Part shown: positions 43,781 through 55,616 of the stretch, piece by piece
How positions within the stretch are numbered: position 1 is the first letter of the stretch
How the letters are laid out: each line of letters starts with the position of its first letter
DNA from: Rebecca billardiae RCC1528
Taxonomy: Eukaryota > Protista > Haptophyta
Length of the DNA: 64,000 nt
Direction of reading: 5' to 3'
Assembly (NCBI GenBank): GCA_965240325.2
Contig: OZ251223.1
Span: 1,736,001-1,800,000 of the forward strand
Translations under genes and position numbers: made by a program
The notes under the pieces: model-generated
The model's database searches: none
Seen by the model: the letters and a program-made list of their open reading frames with translations, nothing else
What the model was told of the DNA's origin: nothing

Positions 43781-45287
43781 AACTGTGCCCTGCTGGCGGG
43801 CGGGGGGGTCGGCGGGCCGTGCCAGTGCTGTCGCAATGTTTCCTCTGCTTCGGGTTCGCGTCTTTCCGCAGCATTCGCTCGTGGCCGGGTGACGGACAGT
43901 CGGACCAGTGACACCTAGGTGACTCAGTTCTCCCACGCGGTGCGGTACGCGTTCGCGCGCATCACTCATCAGCGAGGCCCACACCCACGAGGGAATGTGC
44001 AGCACGCGGGGCGGGGCGGGTAGCCCGTTGCTCCGCGCGAGCGCGGGTACGCGCTGTATGTGCCGCATCTCGACCGCGATGGCGTAATCGAGCGCCTCGC
44101 CGCCGACGAAGCCGCCAGAGTAGATCGTGTGCATGTCCTCCTGACGCCAGCCGAGAGCGGTCGTCGCGAAGACACTTGCCGATGTCCGCTCCGGGCATGA
44201 TGGGCTCGGCGCAGGTCGCGTTGACATCGTACACGGCCGCCAGGCTGAGTACGAGCGCGTTGACGTTCACGCGGTCGTCGCTCTTCGCCTCTTCGACAGG
44301 TCTGGCGCCCGCGTGTTTGGCGGCACGAGGAGCTGTTGGTTGTGCGCGCACGCGCGCACAGCGACAGCGTGTGCCACTCGCGATCGAGAGTGGGCACGAG
44401 CTGCTCACGCAAGCACACGATTCGCAGCGCATCCGTCACCGGCGTGACGACGTCCGCCTCGTCCCGCAGCACCTGCGCCATGGACGAGGACGGCGCGTCG
44501 ATGTTGCATGCTCGACGATTCATCTCTCTGCTGATGGCATCACGGGCTTGTCTGTGTCGCGCTGCGGCGAGGGTCGCCAACTCGCGAAGAGGCGGTTGCT
44601 GCCACGGCGACAGACCCGGGAGGTGCGTCCGCTGCGCGTCGTACGCCGTTGGCGCTTCGACGCCATGCACGCCGGACGTGGGCTTCGGCTGAGGGACCGC
44701 GAGCGACAGTCCGGTGCGCGAGGATTCCGGCGATCGAGTTCAGAAGGCCGCGCCAAATCTTGCGTCACGCGTGCGATGGCGCTTCCCGCCCGCGAGACAC
44801 CTCGTGATGAGGGCCTTTCCGCACCGAGCCCGACGCGCGGCAGTGGATCGCGCGAGGTGGCTGTCGTGCGCAGCGCTTGATGCTATGGCCCGTGCGAGCG
44901 CTCGACGTGCAAGTCAGGCGAGGATCGCCCCAGGTCGCACGATCGTGTCGACGCGCCGAGCGTGCCTCCAGACGCGTCGACTTTTGCCCTCGTTTGACCT
45001 GCACGCGAGACGACGAGGGCAGCAATCGCGAATCGGGCGAAACCCCCCCTCGGGAGTCCTCGCGCGATGTCCGCGCCGGCGTTGGATCTGGCGCGCGCCA
45101 CCCACGCGCTCCGCGCCATGGGCAACCCTTTTTCGGCCGAGCGTCCCCAGTGGTTGCTCAGGAGCTGCGAGGGCGCCCGGTAGTGAGCGAGGCGATTTTC
45201 TTTTCTTTGCGAGGCGATTTTCTTTTTCCTTGTTCTTTTTCTTATCTTTTTCCCGGGCACTACAAGGGGCGGACCTACGGCCCGCCA
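43781..45287 (-). mobile_element. Family A Helitron2/Helentron-like element, copy 2
   Basis: Reverse-complement homologue of 7345-8826 along its whole length, with the same termini. Confidence 0.8.
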
Positions 45288-45290
45288 TTA

Positions 45291-46848
45291 AACTGTGCCC
45301 TGGCGGGCGGGGGGGTCGGCGGGCCGTGCCAGTGCTGTCGCAATGTATCCTTTGCGGGTTCGCGTCTTTCCACATTCGCTCGTGGCCGTGGGTGACGGAC
45401 AGTCGAGTGCAAGGACCAGTGACACGTGAAGTTGGCTCCCCGACGTGATGTACACACTACGTTTCACGGTCTGTGACTGTCTGTGCTCTTACAGTCTTAG
45501 AGTATTGTATGCGCATCAGCGAGGCCCACACCCACGAGGGAATGTGCAGCACGCGGGGCGGGGCGGGTAGCCCGTTGCTCCGCGCGAGCGCGGGTACGCG
45601 CTGTATGTGCCGCATCTCGACCGCGATGGCGTAATCGAGCGCCTCGCCGCCGACGAAGCCGGCCGCCAGAGTAGATCATGTGCATGTCCTCCTGCCAGCC
45701 GAGAGCGGTCGTCGGAGGATGCTTGCCGATGTCCGCTCCAGGCATGAAGGGCTCGGCGCAGGTCGCGTTGACGTCGTACACGGCCGCCACGCTGAGCACG
45801 AGCGCGTTGACGTTCACGCGGTCGTCGCTCTTCGCATCTTCGACAGGTCTGGCGCTCGTGTGCTCGGCGGCACGAGGAGCTGTTGGTTGTGCGCGCGCGC
45901 GCGCACAGCGACAGCGTGTGCCACTCGCGATCGAGAGTGGGCAAGCGCTGCTCACGCGGGCACACGAATCGCAGCGCATCCGTCACCGGCGCGACGACTT
46001 CCGCCTCGTCCCGCAGCGCCTGCGCCATGGACGAGGATGGCGCGGCGATGTTGCATGCTCGACGTTTCATCTCTCTGCGGATGGCATCACGGGCTTGTCT
46101 GTGTCGCGCTGCGGCGAGGGTCGCCAACTCGCGATGACGCGGTTGCTGCCACGGCGACAGACCCGGGAGGTGCGTCCGCTGCGCGTCGTACGCCGTTGGC
46201 GCTGCGCTTCCGTCGCATTGGTCACCGTCGACGCCATGCAGGCCGGACGTGGGCTTCGGCTGAGGGACCGCGAGCGACAGTCCGGTGCGCGGATTCCGGC
46301 GATCGAGTTCAGAAGGCCGCGCCAAATCTTGCGTCGCGTGCGATGGCGCTTCCCGCCCGCGAGACGCCTCGTGATGAGGGCTTTCTCGCACCGAGCCCGA
46401 CGCGCGACGGTGGATCGCGCGAGGCGGTCATCGTGCGCAGCGCCTGATGCTATGGCCGGTGCGAGCTTTCGACGTGCACGTCGGGCGAGGATCGCCCCAG
46501 GTCTCACGATCGTGTCGACGCGCCGAGCGTACCGCTCCAAACGCGTCGATTTAGCCCCCGTTCGACCTGCACGCGAGACGACGAGGGCAGCAATCGCGAA
46601 TCGGGCGAAAACCCGTCTAGGGAATCCTCGCGCGATGTCCGCGCCGGCGTTGGATTTGGCGCGCGCGGCCCACGCGCTCCGCGCCATGGGCGAACCACTT
46701 TTCGGCCGAGCGTCCCCAGTGGGAGCTGCGAGGGCGCCCGGTAGTGAGCGAAGCGATTTTCTTTTCTCTGCGAGGCGATTTTCTTTTTTCCTTTTCTTTT
46801 TCTTATCTTTTTCCCGGGCACTACAAGGGGCGGACCTACGGCCCGCCA
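45291..46848 (-). mobile_element. Family A Helitron2/Helentron-like element, copy 3, head-to-tail with copy 2
   Basis: Junction GGCCCGCCA-TTAA-ACTGTGCCC at 45279-45300 joins the 5' end of copy 2 to the 3' end of copy 3. Confidence 0.8.
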
Positions 46849-46967
46849 TTAATTCGTCGAGTCGGCTGAAGTGCCCGATTCGTCGACTCGTCCCGGAAGA
46901 CTCCGAAGTTCATTATAATTCTCATTCTGAGTCGTGAGTCGGTCCCTGATCGGCGGTTACACGTACT

Positions 46968-48295
46968 ATGGCCCGCGGTGCAGGGCGGTAGAGCGCGCAG
47001 CGTGCGGAGCCCGCAGCCGCCGCGGCAGTGCGGGCCCTAACCACGTTATTTCAAAAAGATCGATCTTTGATCAAAGAAAAAAGGGACGGGGCACTCACGG
47101 GGCCGGGGCGATTTTCAGCAGGAGGTGGAGATGACCGAGTAATTCGATTTTTTGAGACCGCGTACAGTAGAGACGTTCATTCGGCGAGAAAACGGTTAAC
47201 GGACCGCGCCCACGATCTATTCCCTAAGTAAAGTGCGATCTGGACGTGAGCCGGACGTGACTTTAACGTAACGGTTCGTTACGAGCGAATCGTATTCGTC
47301 GTCCCGGATCGCGTGACGTCCGGACTGGGCCACATCCGGATCGGAGGTGACGTGCCCCGCACGATGGCGGATGGGAGGCCAACCCCTGGCTGCGAGCGCG
47401 CCTGCACGTGCCTCCGGACCCGCCTCCCGCTTGCTGCTCACGCAGTCAGCTGCCGACCGTGGCGCATGATCGCAGAAGCAGTGCCGGCAGTACTGCCTGC
47501 ATCAGCTAGTGCCGCGCCGTCGTGGCGCGCGCGGTAGTTGCGTTTGCAGCGCTCGCGCTCGGCGACGGCACGCGCGTGCGGCTCACAGGTCGTGTGTCAA
47601 ATGCGGTCTCGTCGGCGGCGCTTTCGCATGCCACCTCTTGCACCCGTGCCGCCAGCTTCATCGTCTTCATGAGGACTGCTGCTGCTGTCGCCATCCGCTC
47701 TCCATCACCCCGAGTCGCGCGGCGCGCGCGGTAGCAGGGCGTACGGTCACTCACCCGTGCAACGGGTCAAGTGGCCAGAGTAAGTACGTCTGGCTGGTCG
47801 TTGGCTGGCACGGGCCGCAGCGCTAAAGCACCCTGCTGTCACACCCGACTCCTTCAGTACTCCGAGCTCCGCGGCACGACTCACTCGGCACGATCGCGGA
47901 CGGGTCGGATCCGAGCTGATCAGCCAGAGTTGGACAGTTTGGCAGCTAGTAATAGTTGTCAGACGGACGTCTGATGCCGATGGCACGATCGCGGACGGGT
48001 CGGATCCGAGCTGATCAGCCAGTTGGACATTTGGCAGCTAGTTGTCAGACGGACGTCCCGGATTTGACCGGTGCCGGGTGCGGTCTCAGGTCCACTGCTG
48101 TGATTGTGTGAAGTGTGAATGAGTCTCGCGGTCGCAAGCAGGGCGACGGTCGGACTAATAGCTTAACAGTCAGCTCAGAACTGACTTCAACTGGCGAACT
48201 GCCACTACGGCACGCGGAGAGCCGCGAGTGCACGGCCACCGCGGGCCCCCAACTGAGTTGATTCTATGCAGAAAAGGACCGCGGAACGCGGTCAT
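46968..48295 (+). mobile_element. Family B element, copy B4, with a third type of internal sequence
   Basis: ATGGCCCGCGGTGCAGGGCGG at 46968 with the conserved 5' block; subterminal CACCGCGGGCC at ~48237-48247; hairpin GACCGCG-GAA-CGCGGTC at 48277-48293 followed by AT. Internal ~80-bp direct repeat at 47887-48057. Confidence 0.75.
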
Positions 48296-49139
48296 TACAA
48301 TAATAATAATAATAATATTACTCACTCACGCACCCTCCTCTCGCCTGACCACGCGCGGCGCGGCCCGTCTGGCCACCCTGTGCCATGCCACTCACTCGCG
48401 TGCCCCCGTGGCCGTGCCGAGGGTATGGGCAGGCGAGGGAGTGCGGGCCATCGGCCGCCGCGGACGCGCGGAGCAGGGCCACAAGTGACTTGAATCTTGC
48501 AGGTGCGCACCTCGCTGCCGCCTGAGCCGCCGCGCCGCGGCGATGCGCTGCCCTCCGCCGATGACGTCGTCTGCGGGCTGGGCTGCATCCGCCGGCCATC
48601 GCGGAGCCAGCTCGACGCGATGAATAAAATTCTCGCGCGTCGGAAATTCTCGCGCGCGCCGGCGCGCGAAACGACCTCTGTCTGACAGCAACCGTCGAGA
48701 ACCCAGGAGGCCAGGACTGGGCTTTCTTTCAAGGTCGGTGCGCAGTGCGACCCAAAAAAAGTCCGGACGAAACCCTAACCCCCTCTATTTCTTTGGTCTT
48801 GTGCATCCCAAGTCCCAACGCTGGCTGATTGAGACCCAGCCGTTTCATCTCCGCGACGTCGATTTTCTGGCGACGCCGCGGAGCGGCTGGCACTTTCCAG
48901 TAGCGGCGGCTCAGAGGCCGCCATCGTGCCGATGGCGAAGCGGCGCACGAAGCGGAACCTCGTCGAGCGAAGCCCCTCGCACGGAGGCGCGGGGGGCGCC
49001 AATGACGGCGCGCGCGCCGCCGCCGCGAATCGGAGCGGTCCGGATGGGTCTGGGCCGGCTGTCTCGCCTGGTGCGCGCCGCGTGCGCGCCGCGCTCACCG
49101 CACGCGCGCTGCTTGTTTGCACCCGGGTGGTTTTGGGCG

Positions 49140-49685
49140 CGACGGGCACATGTCGGGCAACAACAGCCGTATGACACACTTGGACACACTTTGACGCGTT
49201 GGGGGGGCTGGTGGGGGTCATGCTTGACACGGCCCACGCAAAACTGGCTTGGCTTTTTTTGGCTTTTTTTCGCAATCCGTCATCTCCCTCATGCGGTGCG
49301 CATCCGGCCGCTCCCGTTGCGCCCCGCCGTCCGCGCACGCCAGGCGAGCTGGTGAGTGTCCTCAGCAGTTCAACGTGCACCAGTCCCATCCACTAGAATG
49401 GGCCGGGTGGAGCCCTCATGGCAGCCTTTTCGCCAGATGAGTAGCATGCGCACCGCGTTCACCGCGCAAGCATTGCGTTCGTCGCCACCCGGTATGGCTT
49501 AGCGGTTGGCGACGGGCACATCGGTCGCCGGGCAACAACAGCCGTATGACACATTTGGACACACTTTCACGCGCTGGGAGGGCTGGTGGGGGTCATACTT
49601 GGCACGGCCCATGTGAAACTGGGTTGGTTTTGTTTGGTTTTCGGCCGCAATCTGTCGTCTCACTCATGCGGTGCACATCTGGCCT
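49140..49685 (+). repeat. Diverged ~170-bp direct repeat (about 49140-49308 and 49510-49685)
   Basis: Both copies share GGGCAACAACAGCCGTATGACACA.TTGGACACACTTT and CTCATGCGGTGC.CATC.GGCC. Confidence 0.7.
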
Positions 49686-51051
49686 CAACGGTCGGTTCGG
49701 AGGTGCCCCAGTCTCGGCGTGCGGAGGGCAAGTCAATGAGCAGCATTAAGCAGGTGGTGGCGCGCCTCCCCCGCACGCCGGCATAATAACCCCAGCTGCG
49801 CTACCCGCCGTTGACAAGCACCCTCGCTACGAGGACTTAAACGACGACGGACGAGGACGATACCGGCGCGCGCGCGAAGATGAGTTGGACGCTGTGAGTG
49901 TGACAACAACAAAAGCTACTGTAAATTCTTGCTCAACTCGATGCAACCGTCCCGGGCGTCGTCGCGTCGGCCTACGAAGTGACATCTCGACCGGCGACCC
50001 TGCGTTGGGCCTGCTGCAAGAGCCAGCGAACAGGTAGCTTAGCTGCGAGTGCCGCCGCCGCGCGGCGGTGCCTTTAGCTAGTTTCTTCATTCTTGCTCTC
50101 TCCGCGCGACAGTCGGAGACCATCAGCTTGGATTATGGGCCGGGCGAAGTGCTCGGCACTTACGCCGCTTTCGCCGCATGCGCGCCATACTCACCGTGCT
50201 CACACGGCACGGCTTGGTTATGCGTCGACACTGGTCAGTCTGAAGAGTGACGCCGAGACAGTGCGCCTATACTGCATGACGGCGCAGCCGCGTGCGCGTG
50301 CTGCGGGTCGGCTACTGTCAGCTGAACGCGGCCTCGTGACACAGCAGGACGCACTCTGAGTCTCTGAACCATGGGAGTGGGCGAAGCTGCCAAAGCTTCA
50401 CCTATCTGCTTCTGCCGTGAACACGAGGAGCAGCCTGTGCAGCTTGGGCTCTCGACGTTCGACGTGCAACATCATGATGGCATCATTGCAGCAAGTGCCT
50501 CACTGGCGCGGACGGGACTCACGACGATCGCGCGTTTGCACGGCCCTCGCATGGCAGTCCGCGACAACGTGCTGGCTATCTACTGAGCCCACTGGAGCCG
50601 TGATCGCTCGGCTCGCCGGCGCGCGTGTGTCCACAGGAGTGCTCAAGCCGGCGCAGCGGGCCGTGGTGCCGTGAGACTGAGCGTACATGATGCGGCGTGA
50701 GCTGGCGTGAGGCTGTCAACATGGGTGGCATCAGCACAGGTGACAGCACAGACAGGGACGGAACGCGTTACAGTGCGGACGGCGGAGGCGTAGGCGCTCG
50801 CGGGGGCGGCGACAGCGCGAGGGCGGAAGCGGGGACGGCGCAGCAGGGCCGAGGCGCCATGCTGGCTCCGGTGCGGCGGGGCTTGAAACGGCCGGACGCT
50901 TTTACTGGAAAGCGCCCGCCGCTCCGCGCCAGCGCGGAGCTCGTCAGAAAAGGCGGGGTCTCAACCCGCCAGGTCCCAACGCCGAGCCCACTAACTTCGT
51001 CCGTCCATCAAGAAGATACATACCCCCATACTGGTAAGTATCGTCATTGTC

Positions 51052-51906
51052 ATGGTGGGCACCCTCAAGCAGAAAGCTGTGAAGACAACGAATACCCTGC
51101 TCGATCCAGACGGACCGGAGCTGACGGCGGAGCAGCGGGCTGCAATGCGTACGCTGCAAGCTTCGCTGCGCGCCGGCCTCTCGGCAATGTATGACGAATT
51201 TTCGTCCAAGGCGGGTTGGCGCCTTCGGCTCAAGATGCCGGGGCGAATTGCCATCCCGCCGTTGATGCTACTCGCATATTGCCTGCTGGTGCTTGCTGAC
51301 TCGGCGGTGAACTTCGGCCAACGCGTCATCGACTTACAAGAGGAGGACGAGCGCGACCTCGTTCTCTCTCTGATCACCACGCGCCAGCACTTCTGGGTGC
51401 TGTTTGCGTTGCGTGTACTTGTGACGATGCCACTGCTCATGATCGGCGGGTTCGGTGAGCCGTTCAACCTGGTCCTGCGGCGGTACGTGGAGTTGTACGA
51501 GAGTTACGCCGCCGTCTGCAAGCGCTTTGGAGACAATCCCGCCGTCGACTGGCCCCACGCCGTGCTCATGCACGTCGCCACGCGCGAGAAGATGGTCAAG
51601 GGAGCCCTCTGCATGCTCACGACATTCCTGGTGAACGCGATGGCAGAGACGCTCCTCGACTGCGTGTTCAACATGGTGGCGATCTATTTCCTCGCCAACC
51701 TTGACGTGTGGGCCGAAAACAATGTCTCGAACAACGCCTACTCCGACGTCGGCCGCTGGCTGAGTCAGACGGAGGCCCTCGCAAAATACCGTTACAACCC
51801 GCCGCGCGACGCAGGTAAACGCCTGGCAGAGGCGCCAACCGCGTATGCGGTGGAATGCTTCCTGAGCTTCTGGAGCATCGAGAAGGTCGAGGCATCCTAT
51901 TCTTGA
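51052..51906 (+). CDS. Hypothetical multi-pass membrane protein (ends uncertain, possibly partial or decaying)
   Basis: 284-aa ORF with normal amino-acid composition and 3-4 hydrophobic segments; no family recognised. Confidence 0.5.
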   Translation: MVGTLKQKAVKTTNTLLDPDGPELTAEQRAAMRTLQASLRAGLSAMYDEFSSKAGWRLRLKMPGRIAIPPLMLLAYCLLVLADSAVNFGQRVIDLQEEDERDLVLSLITTRQHFWVLFALRVLVTMPLLMIGGFGEPFNLVLRRYVELYESYAAVCKRFGDNPAVDWPHAVLMHVATREKMVKGALCMLTTFLVNAMAETLLDCVFNMVAIYFLANLDVWAENNVSNNAYSDVGRWLSQTEALAKYRYNPPRDAGKRLAEAPTAYAVECFLSFWSIEKVEASYS

Positions 51907-52299
51907 GCTCCGCCGCGCGGCAGGCGAAGGCCTTTTGCAGAGGCTCTGCAGTCGGCCATCATTCTGTGGCGACTGGCTCAACATCCAGCGCTGTCTGTTG
52001 TCTGAAGTCCTGATTCCGAGCTTCACGAGCACAAGACGACAAGTGACACGGTCACGGCGGACATGGAGGCGGTGATTATTGCAGGCTAGATGTACCACGG
52101 AATCGTAACGAGGCCCAGGATGCTCAGCCAACTGCTACCCCCCCCCCCCCCTCCTCCTCCTCCCGGTCGCTGGCCTGACCGACCGTCCGGACTCCGGCGG
52201 GTCAGTCGTGACTGTCATCAGCGTCGCAATCGCGGTGGTGCTTGAGGAGTCTGGAACTATAGCTATCCCTCTAAGTATCCCACCCATATGTACACATAC

Positions 52300-53100
52300 G
52301 AGAATGGGTAGACAGGCGCGCTTCTCCTATTGAGAAAGAAAATTCACATGAATTCGAAACTCGAGTGTAACCTCACAAAAATGGGAGGGTTACAGCCACT
52401 ACAGTCGAATAAATATTCTACCGGAAAAAATACCTTTACGATCGCATAACTACGATTCCAATAACTACTATTAGCAGAAAGGGTAAGAGTCGGGACATTT
52501 CCCCGGAAACGCTCAACAAACAAAGACGTTTGTAACCAACGGAAAATTCAACCAGGTTACGACGGGTTACAGCCATTTAAAACTAGCCCGCACTTGAAAT
52601 GGCCAATAATAATTTAAATGATCAATATAAGCCAACAATATGACGACCTCCGTTTATTCTGAAAAAAATTATTATACTAAATAATAAGCCTCGCGAATTA
52701 CATATCATACGTTATCACATGAATTGAAATAAATAAAACGTCTGCTACATTATTATTTCTACTACGCAGTAGCTCGGATACATAATCACTTTCAATAAAT
52801 AAATTGTCTGCTACATTATTTTTTATAATAATAATGCAGCGCTTGCTTTTCATGATTAAAATTAACAAAGCAGCGTCGACGCGCTGAAAGAGAGGCGGCT
52901 CGCCATGTAACCGGTTACCGGGTTACAAGGTTACAACACGTCGTCTTTCAATAATAAAACGTCTGCTACATTATTTTGTAATAATGCGCTTTTCATGCTT
53001 AATTGTTTTTTAAAAAAAAAACAGCAGCGTCAACGCGCTGAAAGAGAGGCGGCTCGCATGACGATTGTAACCGGTTACAGGGTTACAAAGTTACAACACG
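52300..53100. repeat. AT-rich block with repeated motifs and a ~150-bp direct repeat ending in GGTTAC clusters
   Basis: GTCTGCTACATTATT at 52740, 52806 and 52961; palindromes GTAACCGGTTAC at ~52907 and TGTAACCGGTTACA at ~53066. Confidence 0.75.
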
Positions 53101-54084
53101 GGGGGCGGAAGGGCGACGACCTCGTATGGCGCACGACGGCGAAGCACGCGAGTTTGCGGACGAAGACCGACGGTCACGCGACCAGTGGCGAACACGCGCA
53201 CCGATCTCTCGACACAGTCACGCCTTCGACAGCCTGCTCGCGACCCATGACCGCGGCACCGCAACTCAAGGACTACTCAACTTCAAGGTAGAGGGCCCCG
53301 CAACTGGCACGACGTTGTGGCCATGCTCGCGCACACAACCAGCATACTCACCACCAATCGTCTTTACGTCAGGACGTCATCGGGTATGAAACGAGCAGTG
53401 CACGCGGTGCAGCGTACATACCGGCACTACGCTCGCATTCGATCGCGCCGGGTGGATCAGCGGCCCGCTCGGCGCACTCGGCTGATGGCAGCGTGTGCCG
53501 CTGTCGTAGTGCGACCCGCCGCAGCGCCACTGTGGGCGGTCAAAGACGCGCCCTCCGCAGTGAAGCACGCTGGGTGCACATCTTCGCCGCGCCCCACGCC
53601 CGCGCGCGCTCGTGCGCCCCCTCATTCTCTCTAACCGCGCGCCGCGTAGCCCACCACCGCCAACTGAGCGGCACGCGCTTCCGCGCAGGCCGCAGACCAC
53701 TGGCCAGCTGTCTGTACGGCGTACGCAGCGCAACCCGCCACTACACCGTGGCGCGGGATCGGCGTCCGGACAGCACCGAGATGCTGGGTGCTGGCGGGCT
53801 CGCCCATCTTCGAGCCTGAGGCCAGTCCGGAGCCGCGGGACCCGAGCGATGGCGGTTAGGAAGTAGTCAGACCAGTCCGCAGGCGCAGTCGGGGCTGATG
53901 GCGGCCGGCGGCTCTGCGACTGCGACGCCGACGCTGACCATTACAGTATACGCGCCTCGATTGACGACTAACCCGAAGTGGCTAGTGCCGTCTGCCCGGA
54001 AGCGGAACTACGACTGTCACTGGCACACGCAGTGAGTCACCGGCCCGGTAGCCGTCTGCGGCATTATTGCGCGATATGTGTAAC

Positions 54085-55400
54085 TCACAGCAGCGTGGCC
54101 CTGCGGAGCGCGCGCGCGCGCGTGCGCTCGTCCTCCCACTCCTCGCGGCTCACCCAGAGCGGGCTGAACGCACCCAGCATCGTGAGCATGCTGCCGCCCC
54201 GCCACGCGCCGTGCGGGTGGGAGGTGCTGACGGAGTGACGGTTGGCTGAGCTGAGGGAGCTGAGGGACGGACCGGCACGCGCAGGAATGCACCGACGATG
54301 CGGCGCGGGGGGCGGCAGCGGATCAGCAGCGAGCGCGCGGCAGGCAGCGGGCGCGGCGCGGGCGGCGGGCACGGGCTCCACGACGTGCGCGTGCTCACCA
54401 TTGGAGCCCCCGGCTCGTCTGGGCTCTGGCCGCGGCCGTGGGCATGGCGGCGGTGGCGGTGCCGCGGCGCCGCGGCGCGTAGCTCCGACTCAAGTCTCGC
54501 GCCCAGCCCGCGCAGACGCACGCCTAGCCCCGACACGACCACCCCGCGATACAGCGCCCCCCACACCTCCCGGTCGCAGCCTGCGATGGCGGCGCGCACG
54601 AGCTCAGGCAGCGAGCAGCGCGCCGCCTCGGCATCGCAGTCGAGGGCCGTGGCGTTGGGAGCGCGCGCGCCCTCGGCGTCGGCACCGCCGCCGTCCGCAG
54701 CCGCCGGGCCGTCGGCCCGGTCGAGGTGAGTCCGGGTATACGCGAAAGCCCGGGCGAAGGTGTCGTCCGACCCGTGCCAGCACGCGCGCCGCACGCTGGC
54801 GGGCATCGCCACTGTGAGCCACGCCCGCAACCGCCGTCGCGTTGGCCGGCTCGGCGCGCGGGTCGGCGCCGCCGCCGCCGTCGGGTGCGCGCGGGCGCAC
54901 GGGGCAAAGGCCGTGCGCGGGCGCAGCGCGCAGCAGGCCTGTCAGCCCAGCCTCAGCCTCCGCCGCCGCCCCTGCTGCGCCCGCCGCCACCGCCGCCGCC
55001 GCCCGCTGGGCCGCGCTCCCCTCGGCGCCGGCGTGCGCGCCCGCGGCGGCGGTGCCGTTGCGCGGCGCGCGCGCGCATAGCCGCCGCAGCTCCCGGCGCA
55101 GCCACGCGACCCCGGCCGCGTCCAGTGCCACGCCGAGCCGGCCGCGCACGTGCGCACGCCCGAGGTGCGCGTGGCGCGCCCGGCCGGCCAGCGGCTGTCC
55201 CTCCACCACACCGGTGCGTGGCCGGCGTGCTGCAGGGCGAGCGCGGCAGCGGACGCGACGTGCGCGGCGCGGACGCGCGCGCCGCGGAGCGGCTCGCCCA
55301 CCACCGCGCCGCGCGCCAGGGCCAGCGAGCCCGGCGGCTCGAGCAGCAGCACTGCGCGCGCGCTCGGTGCGCGCGCCCGCGGTCGGTTGTGGCGAGGCCG
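54085..55400 (-). pseudogene. Divergent actin-related protein (ARP) remnant, 5'-truncated and frameshifted
   Basis: VLLLEPP, AAALAL..AG, VVEG, LPELVRAAIAGCDREVWGALYRGVVVSG, RLESEL, AWRGGSML..L..F..LWVSREEWED (actin C-terminus); the phosphate-2 loop is missing at a frameshift near 55210. Confidence 0.75.
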
Positions 55401-55616
55401 GCCTTGAGGCGGCGCGCGCGTGCGCGCTGCCCCGAGCCGAGGCGAAAGAGGCGTGGCGCAGGTCAAGCGGCGAAGGACGGCGTCAGATACTCCTCCGCAA
55501 CAGCCCGTCCACATGCGCCGGCTCCGCGGGCACACCCGCGCCCGCAGCGCCGTGCCCCGTGCGCTCGCGCTCGCCCCGCCTGCGAAGCACGCCATCCGCG
55601 CCTGGGGGCGCGGGCT

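Noticed and set aside
45280-45300. TTAA at family A junctions read as a piggyBac/Kolobok TSD
   Set aside because: No true terminal inverted repeats, and copy 1 is flanked by TTT rather than TTAA; the asymmetric repeat plus hairpin fits Helentron-type ends better, though this is not fully excluded.
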